A stretch of 64,000 bases of DNA. It comes from an uncultured bacterium (GTDB lineage Bacteria; Acidobacteriota; Thermoanaerobaculia; Multivoradales; JAHEKO01). The position numbers and the translations under genes were made by a program. Shown here piece by piece: positions 51,760 to 60,719 of this stretch. Positions within the stretch are counted from its first letter, which is position 1. Each line of letters begins with the position of its first letter. The DNA lies in NCBI GenBank assembly GCA_905479655.1, contig CAJQNK010000005.1:9544-73543 (forward strand), given 5' to 3'. The notes below the pieces were generated by a model that saw nothing but the letters and a program-made list of their open reading frames with translations, was not told where the DNA came from and did no database searches.

Positions 51760-52922
51760 GGCTCGAGGGTCTTTCGGGTCTTGGCGGCGATCACGGCCAG
51801 GAACACGCCGCCGAGGGCCAGCATCGCCCCGATGTTGGGCAGGAGGGCCCCCCAGACGTCGCCGGCGAGGTAGACGGTCTGCAGGCTCGAGACGAAGTAG
51901 CGGGCCGGCACGACGTGGGTGAGAGCCCGGAGCCAGATCGGCATGCTGTCGATCTCGAACAGGAAGCCCGACAGCAGCAGCGAGGGCAGGAAGCCCGTGA
52001 AGATGGCGATCTGGGAGGCCACGAACTGGTTGCGCGCGAGGGTCGAGATGAGCAGCCCCTGGCCCAGCGCCGGGACCAGGAAGGCGCTCGCCAGCGACAT
52101 CAGCGCCAGCCAGGAGCCCGCGATCGGGACGCCGAGCAGGGTCTCCGACGCCACCGCGCAGCCGAGGGTCGCCAGCAGGCCCAGCACGAAGTACGGGGCG
52201 ATCTTGCCCACCAGGATCTCGGCGACGCCGGTGGGGGTGGAGAGCACCGCCTCCATCGTCCCGCGCTCCCACTCGCGCGCCACCACCAGGGCGGTCAGGA
52301 GGGTGCCGATCATCGTCATCACGATGGCGATGGCGCCCGGCACCAGGAAGCGACGGCTCTCGATCTCGGGGTTGTACCAGTAGCGCGGCCGCAGCGTGAT
52401 GGGTCGGAACGCCGCGCCGCCGCGACCCGCGGGCAGGCCGGCGGCCCAGTTGGCCACCACCCCGCCGGCGTAGCCGTTCACGAAGTTGGCCGTGTTGGGT
52501 TGCGAGCCGTCGGTGACGACCTGCACCTGCACGGGCAACCCCGAGGCCAACCGGCGGTCGAGCTCCTGGGGGATGACCACCATCCCGCGCAGCGAACCGT
52601 CCGTCAGGCCGTCCTCGACCTCGCGGCGGTGGCGGGCGGGGCGGACGTCGAAGTACCGGTTGCCGGCGAAGGCGGCGGCGAGCTCGGCGGCCTGCGGACC
52701 GTCGTCCTCGACCACCAGCCCGAGACGCACCCGGGAAACGTCGAGGGAGACGGCGAAGGTGAAGAGGAAGAGCAGGACGACGGGCAGGACGAAGGCGATG
52801 AGGATCGCGGACGGGTCGCGGACGATCTGCAGGCTCTCCTTGCGCAGGAGCCCGGCCAGACGTCGCGGGTCGAAACGGGGACTCCGCGGTCGCCGGCGGT
52901 GCTGGGGGCTTGTGTCGCTCAT
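51756..52922 (-). CDS. ABC-2 family permease (YbhS/YbhR-like)
   Basis: It is a 6-TM ABC-2 permease. There is an ATGA overlap with the ABC ATPase stop. Confidence 0.8.
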   Translation of the reverse strand: MSDTSPQHRRRPRSPRFDPRRLAGLLRKESLQIVRDPSAILIAFVLPVVLLFLFTFAVSLDVSRVRLGLVVEDDGPQAAELAAAFAGNRYFDVRPARHRREVEDGLTDGSLRGMVVIPQELDRRLASGLPVQVQVVTDGSQPNTANFVNGYAGGVVANWAAGLPAGRGGAAFRPITLRPRYWYNPEIESRRFLVPGAIAIVMTMIGTLLTALVVAREWERGTMEAVLSTPTGVAEILVGKIAPYFVLGLLATLGCAVASETLLGVPIAGSWLALMSLASAFLVPALGQGLLISTLARNQFVASQIAIFTGFLPSLLLSGFLFEIDSMPIWLRALTHVVPARYFVSSLQTVYLAGDVWGALLPNIGAMLALGGVFLAVIAAKTRKTLEP

Positions 52923-54694
52923 GCCGCCTCCTCTCCGACCCGGCGGTCGGCCGCCTCGACCAGGGCGATGAACGCCTCCTCCATGGTCGGGTCGGGCGTC
53001 TCGGCGGAGGCGGCGCTGGCCTTGAGGGCGTCCGGAGCGTCCAGCGCGATGATCCGGGACCGGTACATCAGGGCCACCCGGTCGCAGTACTCCGCCTCGT
53101 CCATGAAATGGGTCGTCACCAGCACCGTGACCCCCTTGCGCACCAGTCCGTTGATGTGGGTCCAGAACTCCCGTCGCGTCAGCGGGTCGACCCCCGAGGT
53201 CGGCTCGTCCAGGAACAGGACGGGTGGTCGGTGCATGAGGGAGCAGGCGAGGGCCAGGCGCTGCTTGAAGCCGAGGGGCAGGAGGTCGGGAGAGGCGTCC
53301 AGGAAGCGTCCGAGCTCGAACGTCTCCACCATCTCCCGGATCCGCCGCTTGCGGAGCCCGCCTTCGAGGCCGTAGACACCGGAGAAGAACTCGAGGTTCT
53401 GGCGTACCGAGAGGAGCCCGTAGAGCGAGAACTTCTGCGCCATGTAGCCGAGCTGCAGCTTGGCCTGGCCCGGGGCGTGGCGCAGGTCGTGACCGGCCAC
53501 GAGGGCCTCGCCCGCGGTCGGGCGGAGGAGACCGCAGAGCATCTTGAAGGTGGTCGACTTGCCCGCCCCGTTGGGTCCGAGGAGCCCGAAGATCTCGCCC
53601 TTCCGAACCTGGAAGGTGGCGTCGTCGGTGGCGGTGAAGTCGCCGAATCGCTTGGTGAGATGCCGGCACTCGACGACCATCTCGGCGTCCAGCGTCACGG
53701 CCTCCATCTTCTCGGCGATGGCCGAGTGACCCCCGGGGCCGCCGCCGAGGAGGTCGACGAACGCGTCCTCGAAGCGCGCCTCCGCGGGCTCGACGACGGA
53801 GCCGTGCCCGTGGGCCAGCTCGTCGACGGAGGCGCGGTCCGAGCCCTCGGTCAGCACGACCCGCACCGAGGCGCCCTGGATCACGCCGTCGCGGACCGTG
53901 GGCAGATCCAGGGCCTCCGCCAGGAGGCGGCGGCGGTCCTCGGCCTCACCGGTGAGCCGGAAGCTGCGCCCCGCGAGGCGCTGCGTGAGCTCGGCCGGCG
54001 GGCCGTGGTACTCGACCCGGCCGTCGTTGAGGAGCAGGACCGTGTCGCAGCGCTCGGCCTCGTCCAGGTAGGCCGTCGACCACAGGACCGCCATCCCCTC
54101 CCCCGTCAGCTCGTCCACCATCCGCCAGAGGTCCTGGCGGCTGACCGGGTCGACCCCGACACTGGGCTCGTCGAGGAGCAGGACCTCGGGCCGCGCCATG
54201 AGCGCGCAGGCGAGGCCGAGCTTCTGCTTCATGCCGCCCGAGAGGCGGCCCGCGAGCCGACCGGTGAAGGGCTCGAGACGGGTGAAGCGGAGCAGGCGCT
54301 CGAACGTCTCGGTGAGCTCCTTTCCCCGCAGCCCCCGCAGGCGGGCGTAGAGGCGGAGGTTCTCGAGCACCGACAGGTCCTCGTAGAGACCGAAGCGCTG
54401 GGGCATGTAGCCGGTGACTAGCCGCACCTGGGTCGGCTCGGCGGCGACGTCGTGGCCCGCGACCCGCGCGGTTCCCGCCGTGGGCTTCAAGAGCGCGGCC
54501 AGGAGGCGCAGCAGGGTCGTCTTGCCGGCGCCGTCCGGCCCCACGAGGCCCGTGAGGCGGCCGGCCGCGATGTCCGCGTCGAACGGTGCGAGCGCCTCGT
54601 CCGTGTCGAAGCGTTTGGCGAGGCCGCGGATCTCGACGGCGTTGCCTCCGATGGCGTTGCCCCCGACCGTCGGGCTCCCGATGGGTTGGGCCAT
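52919..54694 (-). CDS. ABC transporter ATP-binding protein with two fused nucleotide-binding domains (YbhF-like)
   Basis: There are two Walker A sites, GPDGAGKTT and GPNGAGKST. There are two ABC signature motifs, LSGGMKQKL and LPLGFKQRL. Confidence 0.9.
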   Translation of the reverse strand: MAQPIGSPTVGGNAIGGNAVEIRGLAKRFDTDEALAPFDADIAAGRLTGLVGPDGAGKTTLLRLLAALLKPTAGTARVAGHDVAAEPTQVRLVTGYMPQRFGLYEDLSVLENLRLYARLRGLRGKELTETFERLLRFTRLEPFTGRLAGRLSGGMKQKLGLACALMARPEVLLLDEPSVGVDPVSRQDLWRMVDELTGEGMAVLWSTAYLDEAERCDTVLLLNDGRVEYHGPPAELTQRLAGRSFRLTGEAEDRRRLLAEALDLPTVRDGVIQGASVRVVLTEGSDRASVDELAHGHGSVVEPAEARFEDAFVDLLGGGPGGHSAIAEKMEAVTLDAEMVVECRHLTKRFGDFTATDDATFQVRKGEIFGLLGPNGAGKSTTFKMLCGLLRPTAGEALVAGHDLRHAPGQAKLQLGYMAQKFSLYGLLSVRQNLEFFSGVYGLEGGLRKRRIREMVETFELGRFLDASPDLLPLGFKQRLALACSLMHRPPVLFLDEPTSGVDPLTRREFWTHINGLVRKGVTVLVTTHFMDEAEYCDRVALMYRSRIIALDAPDALKASAASAETPDPTMEEAFIALVEAADRRVGEEAA

Positions 54695-54695
54695 C

Positions 54696-55700
54696 TCAGG
54701 CCCCCTGGCCGTCGGCGTCCGCCAGGGTCACGGTGACGGGCATCCCCTGGCGCAGGGCGTCGTCCGGGTCTTCGACCACGATGCGCAGGCGGTAGACCAG
54801 GTCGGTCCTCAGGTCCGGCGTCTCGACGCTCTTCGGAGTGAACTCGGCGCGTGGCGAGACGAAGCCGATCTGGCCCCGGTAGACCCGCTCCGAGGAGTCG
54901 GTCCGGAACGTGACCTCGCGGCCGGGAACGGCGTGGCCGAGGTCCGGTTCGGAGACGTAGGCCCGGAGGTAGACGGGGTCGGAGAGGGAGAGGGCATAGA
55001 CGGGAGACCCGGCGCTCACCATCGAGCCCGGCTCCTGGACCCGTGTCAGGATGACACCCGGGCTGGGCGCGACGAGCCGGGTGTCCGCGACCGCCGTCTC
55101 CGCCTGTTCGAGCCGCGCCTCGGCGATGGCCAGCTCGGCCCTTCCCGACTCGATCTCCTCGGGGCGGAAGCCCTCCTCCGCGAGGGCCAGGGCCTCGCGG
55201 GCGGCGGCGAGGCGGGCGGCGCTCTCCTGGTGGCGCGCCTCCGCCTGTTCGAGCTCCCGCCGGCTGGTGCCGCCCGAGTCGACCAGGCCCGCCTTGCGCT
55301 CCAGCTCTCGTCGCGCGTTCTCGAGCGACGCCTCCGCCTCGGCGACCCGGGCCCGGGCCTGGCGCACCTCCTGCGGCCGGAAGCCGGCCTCCAGGCGGTC
55401 GAGCTGCGCCCGGGCGCGGGCGACCTGCGCCCGTGCGACGGCCAGCTCCTCGCGGTAGGGCTGGTCGTCCAGCAGGGCGAGGGCCTGGCCCTGCGCGACG
55501 GTGTCTCCCTCGTCGAGGAGGACCTCCGCCAGCCGGCCGCCGACGCGGAAGGAGAGAGCGACCTCACGGATGTCGACGTTGCCGTAGAGGGTGAGGGTGC
55601 CGTCCCCTTCCTCGCCCAGGAGATCGAGCGGATCGAGGGTCACGAAGGCGAAGACCGCGGCCGCGATCAGCACGAGCGCGATGAGGATTCTGCGGATCAT
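54696..55700 (-). CDS. HlyD-family secretion (membrane-fusion) protein (YbhG-like)
   Basis: It has an N-terminal TM anchor and coiled-coil HlyD architecture. There is an ATGA overlap with the TetR gene stop. Confidence 0.85.
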   Translation of the reverse strand: MIRRILIALVLIAAAVFAFVTLDPLDLLGEEGDGTLTLYGNVDIREVALSFRVGGRLAEVLLDEGDTVAQGQALALLDDQPYREELAVARAQVARARAQLDRLEAGFRPQEVRQARARVAEAEASLENARRELERKAGLVDSGGTSRRELEQAEARHQESAARLAAAREALALAEEGFRPEEIESGRAELAIAEARLEQAETAVADTRLVAPSPGVILTRVQEPGSMVSAGSPVYALSLSDPVYLRAYVSEPDLGHAVPGREVTFRTDSSERVYRGQIGFVSPRAEFTPKSVETPDLRTDLVYRLRIVVEDPDDALRQGMPVTVTLADADGQGA

Positions 55701-56383
55701 GATGGGTTCTCCTGCGACAGGATGGAGATGACGTTCCTCCGGATCCGGTTCTGGATCGCCGTGATCTCGGAAGGGCCGAACGCCTGCCAGCCCATCGTGC
55801 GGAGGACGGCGGCGTGGGAGGTGCGGAAGAGGAGGGCCTGACCGACGAGGGTCATGGTGAGCAGACGGGAATCCGGCGACGCGCTCGGCTGGCCGGCTAG
55901 CCGAGCGACGAGCCCCGCGACCGCGCCGACGATCCGCGACATGACCTTCTCGTAGACGATGTCGAAGGCGTCGCTCGGGTCCTGTTGTTCCCGGATGATG
56001 AGCCGGGCCCAGGCCGTGGTCTCGGGCGACGCCATCATCAGGACCAAGCGGTCGGTCACGGCGAGGACCCCTTCGATCAGCTCCTCCCGCTCCGGCTCGG
56101 CGTCCTCCCCGAGGAGGACGGTCGTGCGCTCGGCAGCGGACCCGACGCGGCGGCCGATCTCGTGCGCGATGTGCTCGAAGACCGCGAGGTACAGGCCGTG
56201 CTTGCTCCCGAAGTGGTAGCCGATCAGGGCCTGGTTGACCCCGGCCGCCTCGGCGAGCTGGCGGTTGCTCGTGGCGTCGTAGCCGTGCCTGCCGAACAGC
56301 TCGATGGCGGCGGTGAGCAGGGCCTCACGGGTGGCGTCTCCGCGGGTCGTCGTGGATTCCGGTCGTCCACTCATGCGGGGCAA
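55697..56383 (-). CDS. TetR/AcrR-family transcriptional regulator (YbiH/CecR-like), first gene of the efflux operon
   Basis: The N-terminal HTH is REALLTAAIELFGRHGYDATSNRQLAEAAGVNQALIGYHF. Confidence 0.85.
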   Translation of the reverse strand: MPRMSGRPESTTTRGDATREALLTAAIELFGRHGYDATSNRQLAEAAGVNQALIGYHFGSKHGLYLAVFEHIAHEIGRRVGSAAERTTVLLGEDAEPEREELIEGVLAVTDRLVLMMASPETTAWARLIIREQQDPSDAFDIVYEKVMSRIVGAVAGLVARLAGQPSASPDSRLLTMTLVGQALLFRTSHAAVLRTMGWQAFGPSEITAIQNRIRRNVISILSQENPS

Positions 56384-56529
56384 TGTAGATTGTTCGATCG
56401 AGTAAGTCCATCGATCAATTATAGGAATCGACCGAGACGCTGCGAGAAGACGGGAAACAAGCCCGGTCGTCGCGACGTATCCACCGGCAACGAACCCGCG
56501 GGCCGGAGCCCGCGACGGAGGAGAGACGC
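56384..56529. promoter_or_regulatory. Divergent promoter region between the TetR-efflux operon and the DUF885 gene. It is relatively AT-rich and carries the palindromes TTCGATCGA and ATCGAT, a candidate TetR operator.
   Basis: The sequence reads caatgtagattgttcgatcgagtaagtccatcgatcaattatagg. Confidence 0.3.
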
Positions 56530-58347
56530 ATGAGTCGATGGAAGAGAGGCACCCTGATCACGCTGACGCTGGTCCTGCTGGCCGGGGCCGGTTTCGCGAT
56601 CCCGACGATCTGGGGCAAGCCGTGGTCCATCGACCACTTCTTCTCCCGGGTGTTCGTGCGCTTCGCCCTGCGCCACCCCATGATGCTCTCGGGCATGCGG
56701 CTCCTGGAGCCCATGGGCCTCACCTTCCACAACGACGACCTGGACGACTTCTCCCCCGAGTTCCAGGCCATGGAGGCCGACTGGCTGGAGGGTGAGCTCG
56801 ACACGCTCCGCCGCTGGGACCGCGCCTCCCTCGATCCCGACACGGCCCTCTCCTACGACATCCTCGAGTGGTTCCTGGCCGACCAGGCGGCGGGCAACCG
56901 CTGGCCCGACCACAACTACCCGGTGAACCAGCTCGGGGGTCTCCAGAGCGGGCTGCCGGACTTCATGATCAACACCCACTACCTCGAGTCGGAGGAGGAC
57001 GCGGAGGACTACGTCGCCCGCGTCGGGCAGTTCGAGCGGTCCTTCGCCCAGGTGACGAGGGGCCTCGTCCGGCGGGAGGAGAAGGGGATCGTGCCGCCGC
57101 GTTTCGTCATCGACCACGTGATCGAGGAGATGCGCGGCCTGATCGAGCCGCCGACCGAGGAGATGGTGCTCTACACCCACTTCACGGAGACGATCGCGGA
57201 GATCGAGGGTCTCGGCCGGGACCGGCAGGAAGAGCTGGCGGCGGAGCTCCGGGAGGAGGTCGAGGGCTCCGTGGTTCCCGCGTACGAGCGTCTCATCGCG
57301 TTCTTCGAGCGTCAGCGCGAGATCGCCACCACCGATGACGGCGTCTGGAAGCTGCCGGACGGCGCCGAGTTCTACGCCTGGACCCTGCGTCACCACACGA
57401 CCACCGACTTGACGCCCGACCAGATCCATCGCATCGGTCTGTCGGAGGTGGAGCGGATCCAGGCCGAGATGCGTCGCATCCTCGCGGCGGAGGGCTACCC
57501 GACGGACGACCTGGCGGCGACGATGAACGGTCTCAACGAGGAGGCGCGGTTCCTCTATCCCGACAGCGACGACGGTCGGGCCGCCATCATCGCGGATTTT
57601 CAGGCCATCATCGACGAGGTCGACGCCGGGATCGACCCGCTGTTCGACGTGCAACCCGAGAGCGGCGCCACCGTGAAGCGCGTGCCGGAGTTCCGCCAGG
57701 CGACGGCGCCGGGCGCCTACTACGATGCGCCGCCGTTCGACGGCTCGAAGCCGGGGACCTTCTACATCAACCTGCGCGACGTCAAGGAGGTCCCGAAGTT
57801 CGGGATGCGCACGTTGGCCTACCACGAGGCCATTCCCGGGCACCACTTCCAGATCGCCGTCGCGCAGGAGCTCCAGGGCGTCCCCTTCTTCCGCCGGATC
57901 ATCCCGTTCACCTCGTACTCCGAGGGCTGGGCCCTCTACGCCGAGCAGCTCGCGGCGGAGAACGGCTTCCAGGAGGACCCCTACGACCGTCTGGGGTACC
58001 TCACCGCCCAGCTCTTCCGCGCCGTCCGCCTCGTGGTCGACACCGGCATCCATTCCCGTCGCTGGACGCGGGAGGCGGCGATCGAGTACATGTTGGCCAA
58101 CACCGGCATGCCCGCCGGCGACGTCGTGGCGGAGATCGAGCGCTACATCGTCAACCCGGGCCAGGCCTGCGCCTACATGGTCGGCCAGCTCCAGATCCTC
58201 AAGCTCCGCACCCTCGCGCAACAGGCCCTCGGGCCGGAGTCCGACCTGGCCGCCTTCCACGACGTGGTGCTGACCCACGGCGCGGTGCCGCTCGAGATCC
58301 TGGAGCGGCTGGTCGACGAGTGGATCGCGGAGCAGAGGTCCGGCTAG
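56530..58347 (+). CDS. DUF885-family protein (putative metallopeptidase-like; HExxPGHH motif), exported
   Basis: It has an N-terminal signal/anchor. The characteristic DUF885 motif HEAIPGHHFQ is present. Confidence 0.8.
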   Translation: MSRWKRGTLITLTLVLLAGAGFAIPTIWGKPWSIDHFFSRVFVRFALRHPMMLSGMRLLEPMGLTFHNDDLDDFSPEFQAMEADWLEGELDTLRRWDRASLDPDTALSYDILEWFLADQAAGNRWPDHNYPVNQLGGLQSGLPDFMINTHYLESEEDAEDYVARVGQFERSFAQVTRGLVRREEKGIVPPRFVIDHVIEEMRGLIEPPTEEMVLYTHFTETIAEIEGLGRDRQEELAAELREEVEGSVVPAYERLIAFFERQREIATTDDGVWKLPDGAEFYAWTLRHHTTTDLTPDQIHRIGLSEVERIQAEMRRILAAEGYPTDDLAATMNGLNEEARFLYPDSDDGRAAIIADFQAIIDEVDAGIDPLFDVQPESGATVKRVPEFRQATAPGAYYDAPPFDGSKPGTFYINLRDVKEVPKFGMRTLAYHEAIPGHHFQIAVAQELQGVPFFRRIIPFTSYSEGWALYAEQLAAENGFQEDPYDRLGYLTAQLFRAVRLVVDTGIHSRRWTREAAIEYMLANTGMPAGDVVAEIERYIVNPGQACAYMVGQLQILKLRTLAQQALGPESDLAAFHDVVLTHGAVPLEILERLVDEWIAEQRSG

Positions 58348-59789
58348 CCGGCACTCTGTCCTGGACCTCCGGCCGCACTGTCCTCGGCTACGATGTCCTG
58401 GATGCCGACCGAGGCCCGCGAGTGATCCCCGACGCCGCACGCCAGGAGTTCGAGGACCTCCTGGGCGACCGCTTCTCGATCTCCCCTTCCATCGTCGAGC
58501 AGCACGGCCGCGACGAGTCGAGTCGCCCGCCGTGCCCGCCCGAGGCGGTGGCCTTCGCGACCTCGGTCGACGAGGTGGCCGAGGTGGTCCGAATCTGCGC
58601 TCGACATCGGGTCCCGGTCATCCCGTACGGCGCCGGCACCTCCCTCGAGGGCCACGTCCACGCCCCCCACGGCGGCCTGTCGCTCGACCTCTCGCGCATG
58701 GACCGGATCGTGGCGATCCACGACGAAGACCTGGACGCCGTGGTCGAGGCCGGGGTGACGACCGCCAACCTCAACCGTCGCCTGGCCGACCGGGGCCTCT
58801 TCTTCCCCATCGACCCCGGCGCCGAGCCGACCCTCGGCGGCATGGCCTCCACCCGGGCCAGCGGCACGACCGCCGTGCGCTACGGCACCATGCGCGAGGC
58901 CGTGCTGTCGCTCACCGCCGTGCTCCACGACGGGCGGGTCATCCGCACCGCGCGGCGCGCGCGCAAGTCGTCGGCCGGCTACGACCTCACGCGCCTGCTG
59001 GTGGGAGCCGAGGGCACGCTCGGGGTGATCACCGAGGCGACCGTCCGCGTCCACGGCCTGCCCGAGGCGATGGTGGGGGCGGTCGTCTCCTTCCCGGAGC
59101 TCGAGGCGGCGGTCCAGACCGTCATCCGCACCATCCAGCTCGCCATCCCCGTGGCCCGCATCGAGCTCCTGGACGAGGCGATGGTGGACGCCATCAACCG
59201 CCACGCCGGTCTCGACCAGGCCGTCCGTCCGACCCTGATGCTCGAGTTCCACGGCACGGCGTCGGCGGTGGCGGAGCAGGCGCGCGAGGTGGGCGAGATC
59301 GCCGCCGAGCTCGGCGGCTCCGACTTCCGCTGGGCCGCGGACGCCGCCGAGCGCGAGCGCCTGTGGGAGGCCCGCCACCACGCCTATTTCGCCGCCCTGG
59401 CCCTGCGGCCCGGGTGCCGCGTCGTCTCGAGCGACGTCTGCGTCCCCATCTCGCGTCTGGCCGAGTGTGTGCTGGCGACGAAGGAGGACCTCGCCTCGAC
59501 CGGCCTCACCGCCCCTCTGGTCGGCCACGCCGGCGACGGCAACTTCCACCTGCTCCTGGTCGTCGACCCCGACGATCCCGACGAGCGGGAGCGCATCGAG
59601 GCCTTCCTCGACCGCCTGGTGGGGCGCGCGCTGGCGATGGACGGCACCTGTACCGGCGAGCATGGCGTCGGGCTGGGCAAGCGGCGGTTCATGGAGGCCG
59701 AGCACGGCGAGGCGGTGGAGGCGATGCGGGCGGTGAAGCGGGCGCTCGACCCGCTGGGGATCATGAACCCGGGGAAGGTGCTGCCGTAG
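58320..59789 (+). CDS. FAD-linked oxidase (GlcD / D-lactate dehydrogenase family)
   Basis: The FAD_binding_4 motif is IPYGAGTSLEGH. A C-terminal FAD-oxidase_C domain is present. The start is uncertain, because ATG 58320 overlaps the upstream gene by 28 nt. Confidence 0.8.
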   Translation: MDRGAEVRLAGTLSWTSGRTVLGYDVLDADRGPRVIPDAARQEFEDLLGDRFSISPSIVEQHGRDESSRPPCPPEAVAFATSVDEVAEVVRICARHRVPVIPYGAGTSLEGHVHAPHGGLSLDLSRMDRIVAIHDEDLDAVVEAGVTTANLNRRLADRGLFFPIDPGAEPTLGGMASTRASGTTAVRYGTMREAVLSLTAVLHDGRVIRTARRARKSSAGYDLTRLLVGAEGTLGVITEATVRVHGLPEAMVGAVVSFPELEAAVQTVIRTIQLAIPVARIELLDEAMVDAINRHAGLDQAVRPTLMLEFHGTASAVAEQAREVGEIAAELGGSDFRWAADAAERERLWEARHHAYFAALALRPGCRVVSSDVCVPISRLAECVLATKEDLASTGLTAPLVGHAGDGNFHLLLVVDPDDPDERERIEAFLDRLVGRALAMDGTCTGEHGVGLGKRRFMEAEHGEAVEAMRAVKRALDPLGIMNPGKVLP

Positions 59790-59939
59790 GCCGGGGCGCG
59801 GCCCGCGGCCGGATCGGGTTGGAGGGCTGGACGCGACCACCTGCAGCGCCTCCTCGACCGTCGCTCGCGTCGTCGGCTGCCCCAGGGCCCGCCGGACCCG
59901 TGGCGAGCGGATCCGGGCTGCGGCTCTCGCACCACGGCC

Positions 59940-60569
59940 TCAGCGGAGGTGGGCTTCGGCCAGGATCTCGATGTCGACCTCGCTGCCGACCACCATGGTC
60001 GCTGCCCAGCTGCCGACCCCGACGCCGAAATCGCCTCTTTCGACCGCCGTCGAGGCCTGGAAGCTGGCGACCTCCCGTGTGCCGCCGAGCATCTCGCGCA
60101 TCGGCTCCGGGATCGGCTGGTGTCCGAGCAGGACGATCGGTAGCTCGATCTCGCGGGAGACACCCTTGATCGTGAGCGGCCCCCGCGCCACGAGCCTGCC
60201 CTCGCCGTCGGCGCGCACGGACTTGCTCTTGAAGGTGATGTACGGGTGGCGCTCCGCCTCGAACCAGTCGGCGGAGCGCAGGTGGTCGTCGCGGCGGGCG
60301 TTGCCGGTGTCGACACTGGACACCGGAATGCGGGCCTCGACAGAACTCGCCTGCGGGTTCTCGGGGTCGTAGACCAGGTCGACCTCGAACTCCGCGAAGC
60401 GTCCCTTCACCGGGGTGAAGAAGTGGTTGACGGAGAACCTCACCTCGGTGTGGGCGGGATCGAGCGTCCAGCTCGAGGCGTCGTCGGCGAAGGCCGTGGC
60501 GCCGGTGCCGGCGGCCAGCAGGACCAGTCCGGCCAGCAGCGCGTGAAGGGTCGTGTTGCGAAGTCTCAT
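59940..60569 (-). CDS. YceI-family periplasmic protein
   Basis: It has a signal peptide. The YceI-like beta-barrel begins WTLDPAHTEVRFSVNHF. Confidence 0.8.
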   Translation of the reverse strand: MRLRNTTLHALLAGLVLLAAGTGATAFADDASSWTLDPAHTEVRFSVNHFFTPVKGRFAEFEVDLVYDPENPQASSVEARIPVSSVDTGNARRDDHLRSADWFEAERHPYITFKSKSVRADGEGRLVARGPLTIKGVSREIELPIVLLGHQPIPEPMREMLGGTREVASFQASTAVERGDFGVGVGSWAATMVVGSEVDIEILAEAHLR

Positions 60570-60719
60570 GCCCGTCGTCTCCTTTTCGGTCCACCTGGGA
60601 CCGTTTCCTGGTGTCTCGTGGTGTCGGTTGGCCTTCGGATCGGCCGTTCTGTGGGGTGAGTGGTCTTGGAGGGCGGCTCCTTACACCCGGATCCCGACCG
60701 GGTGGGGAAGGGCTGGCCC

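Noticed and set aside
56419-58440. A 673-aa ORF antisense to the second DUF885 gene
   Set aside because: It has no motifs. The sense frame carries the HExxPGHH DUF885 signature.
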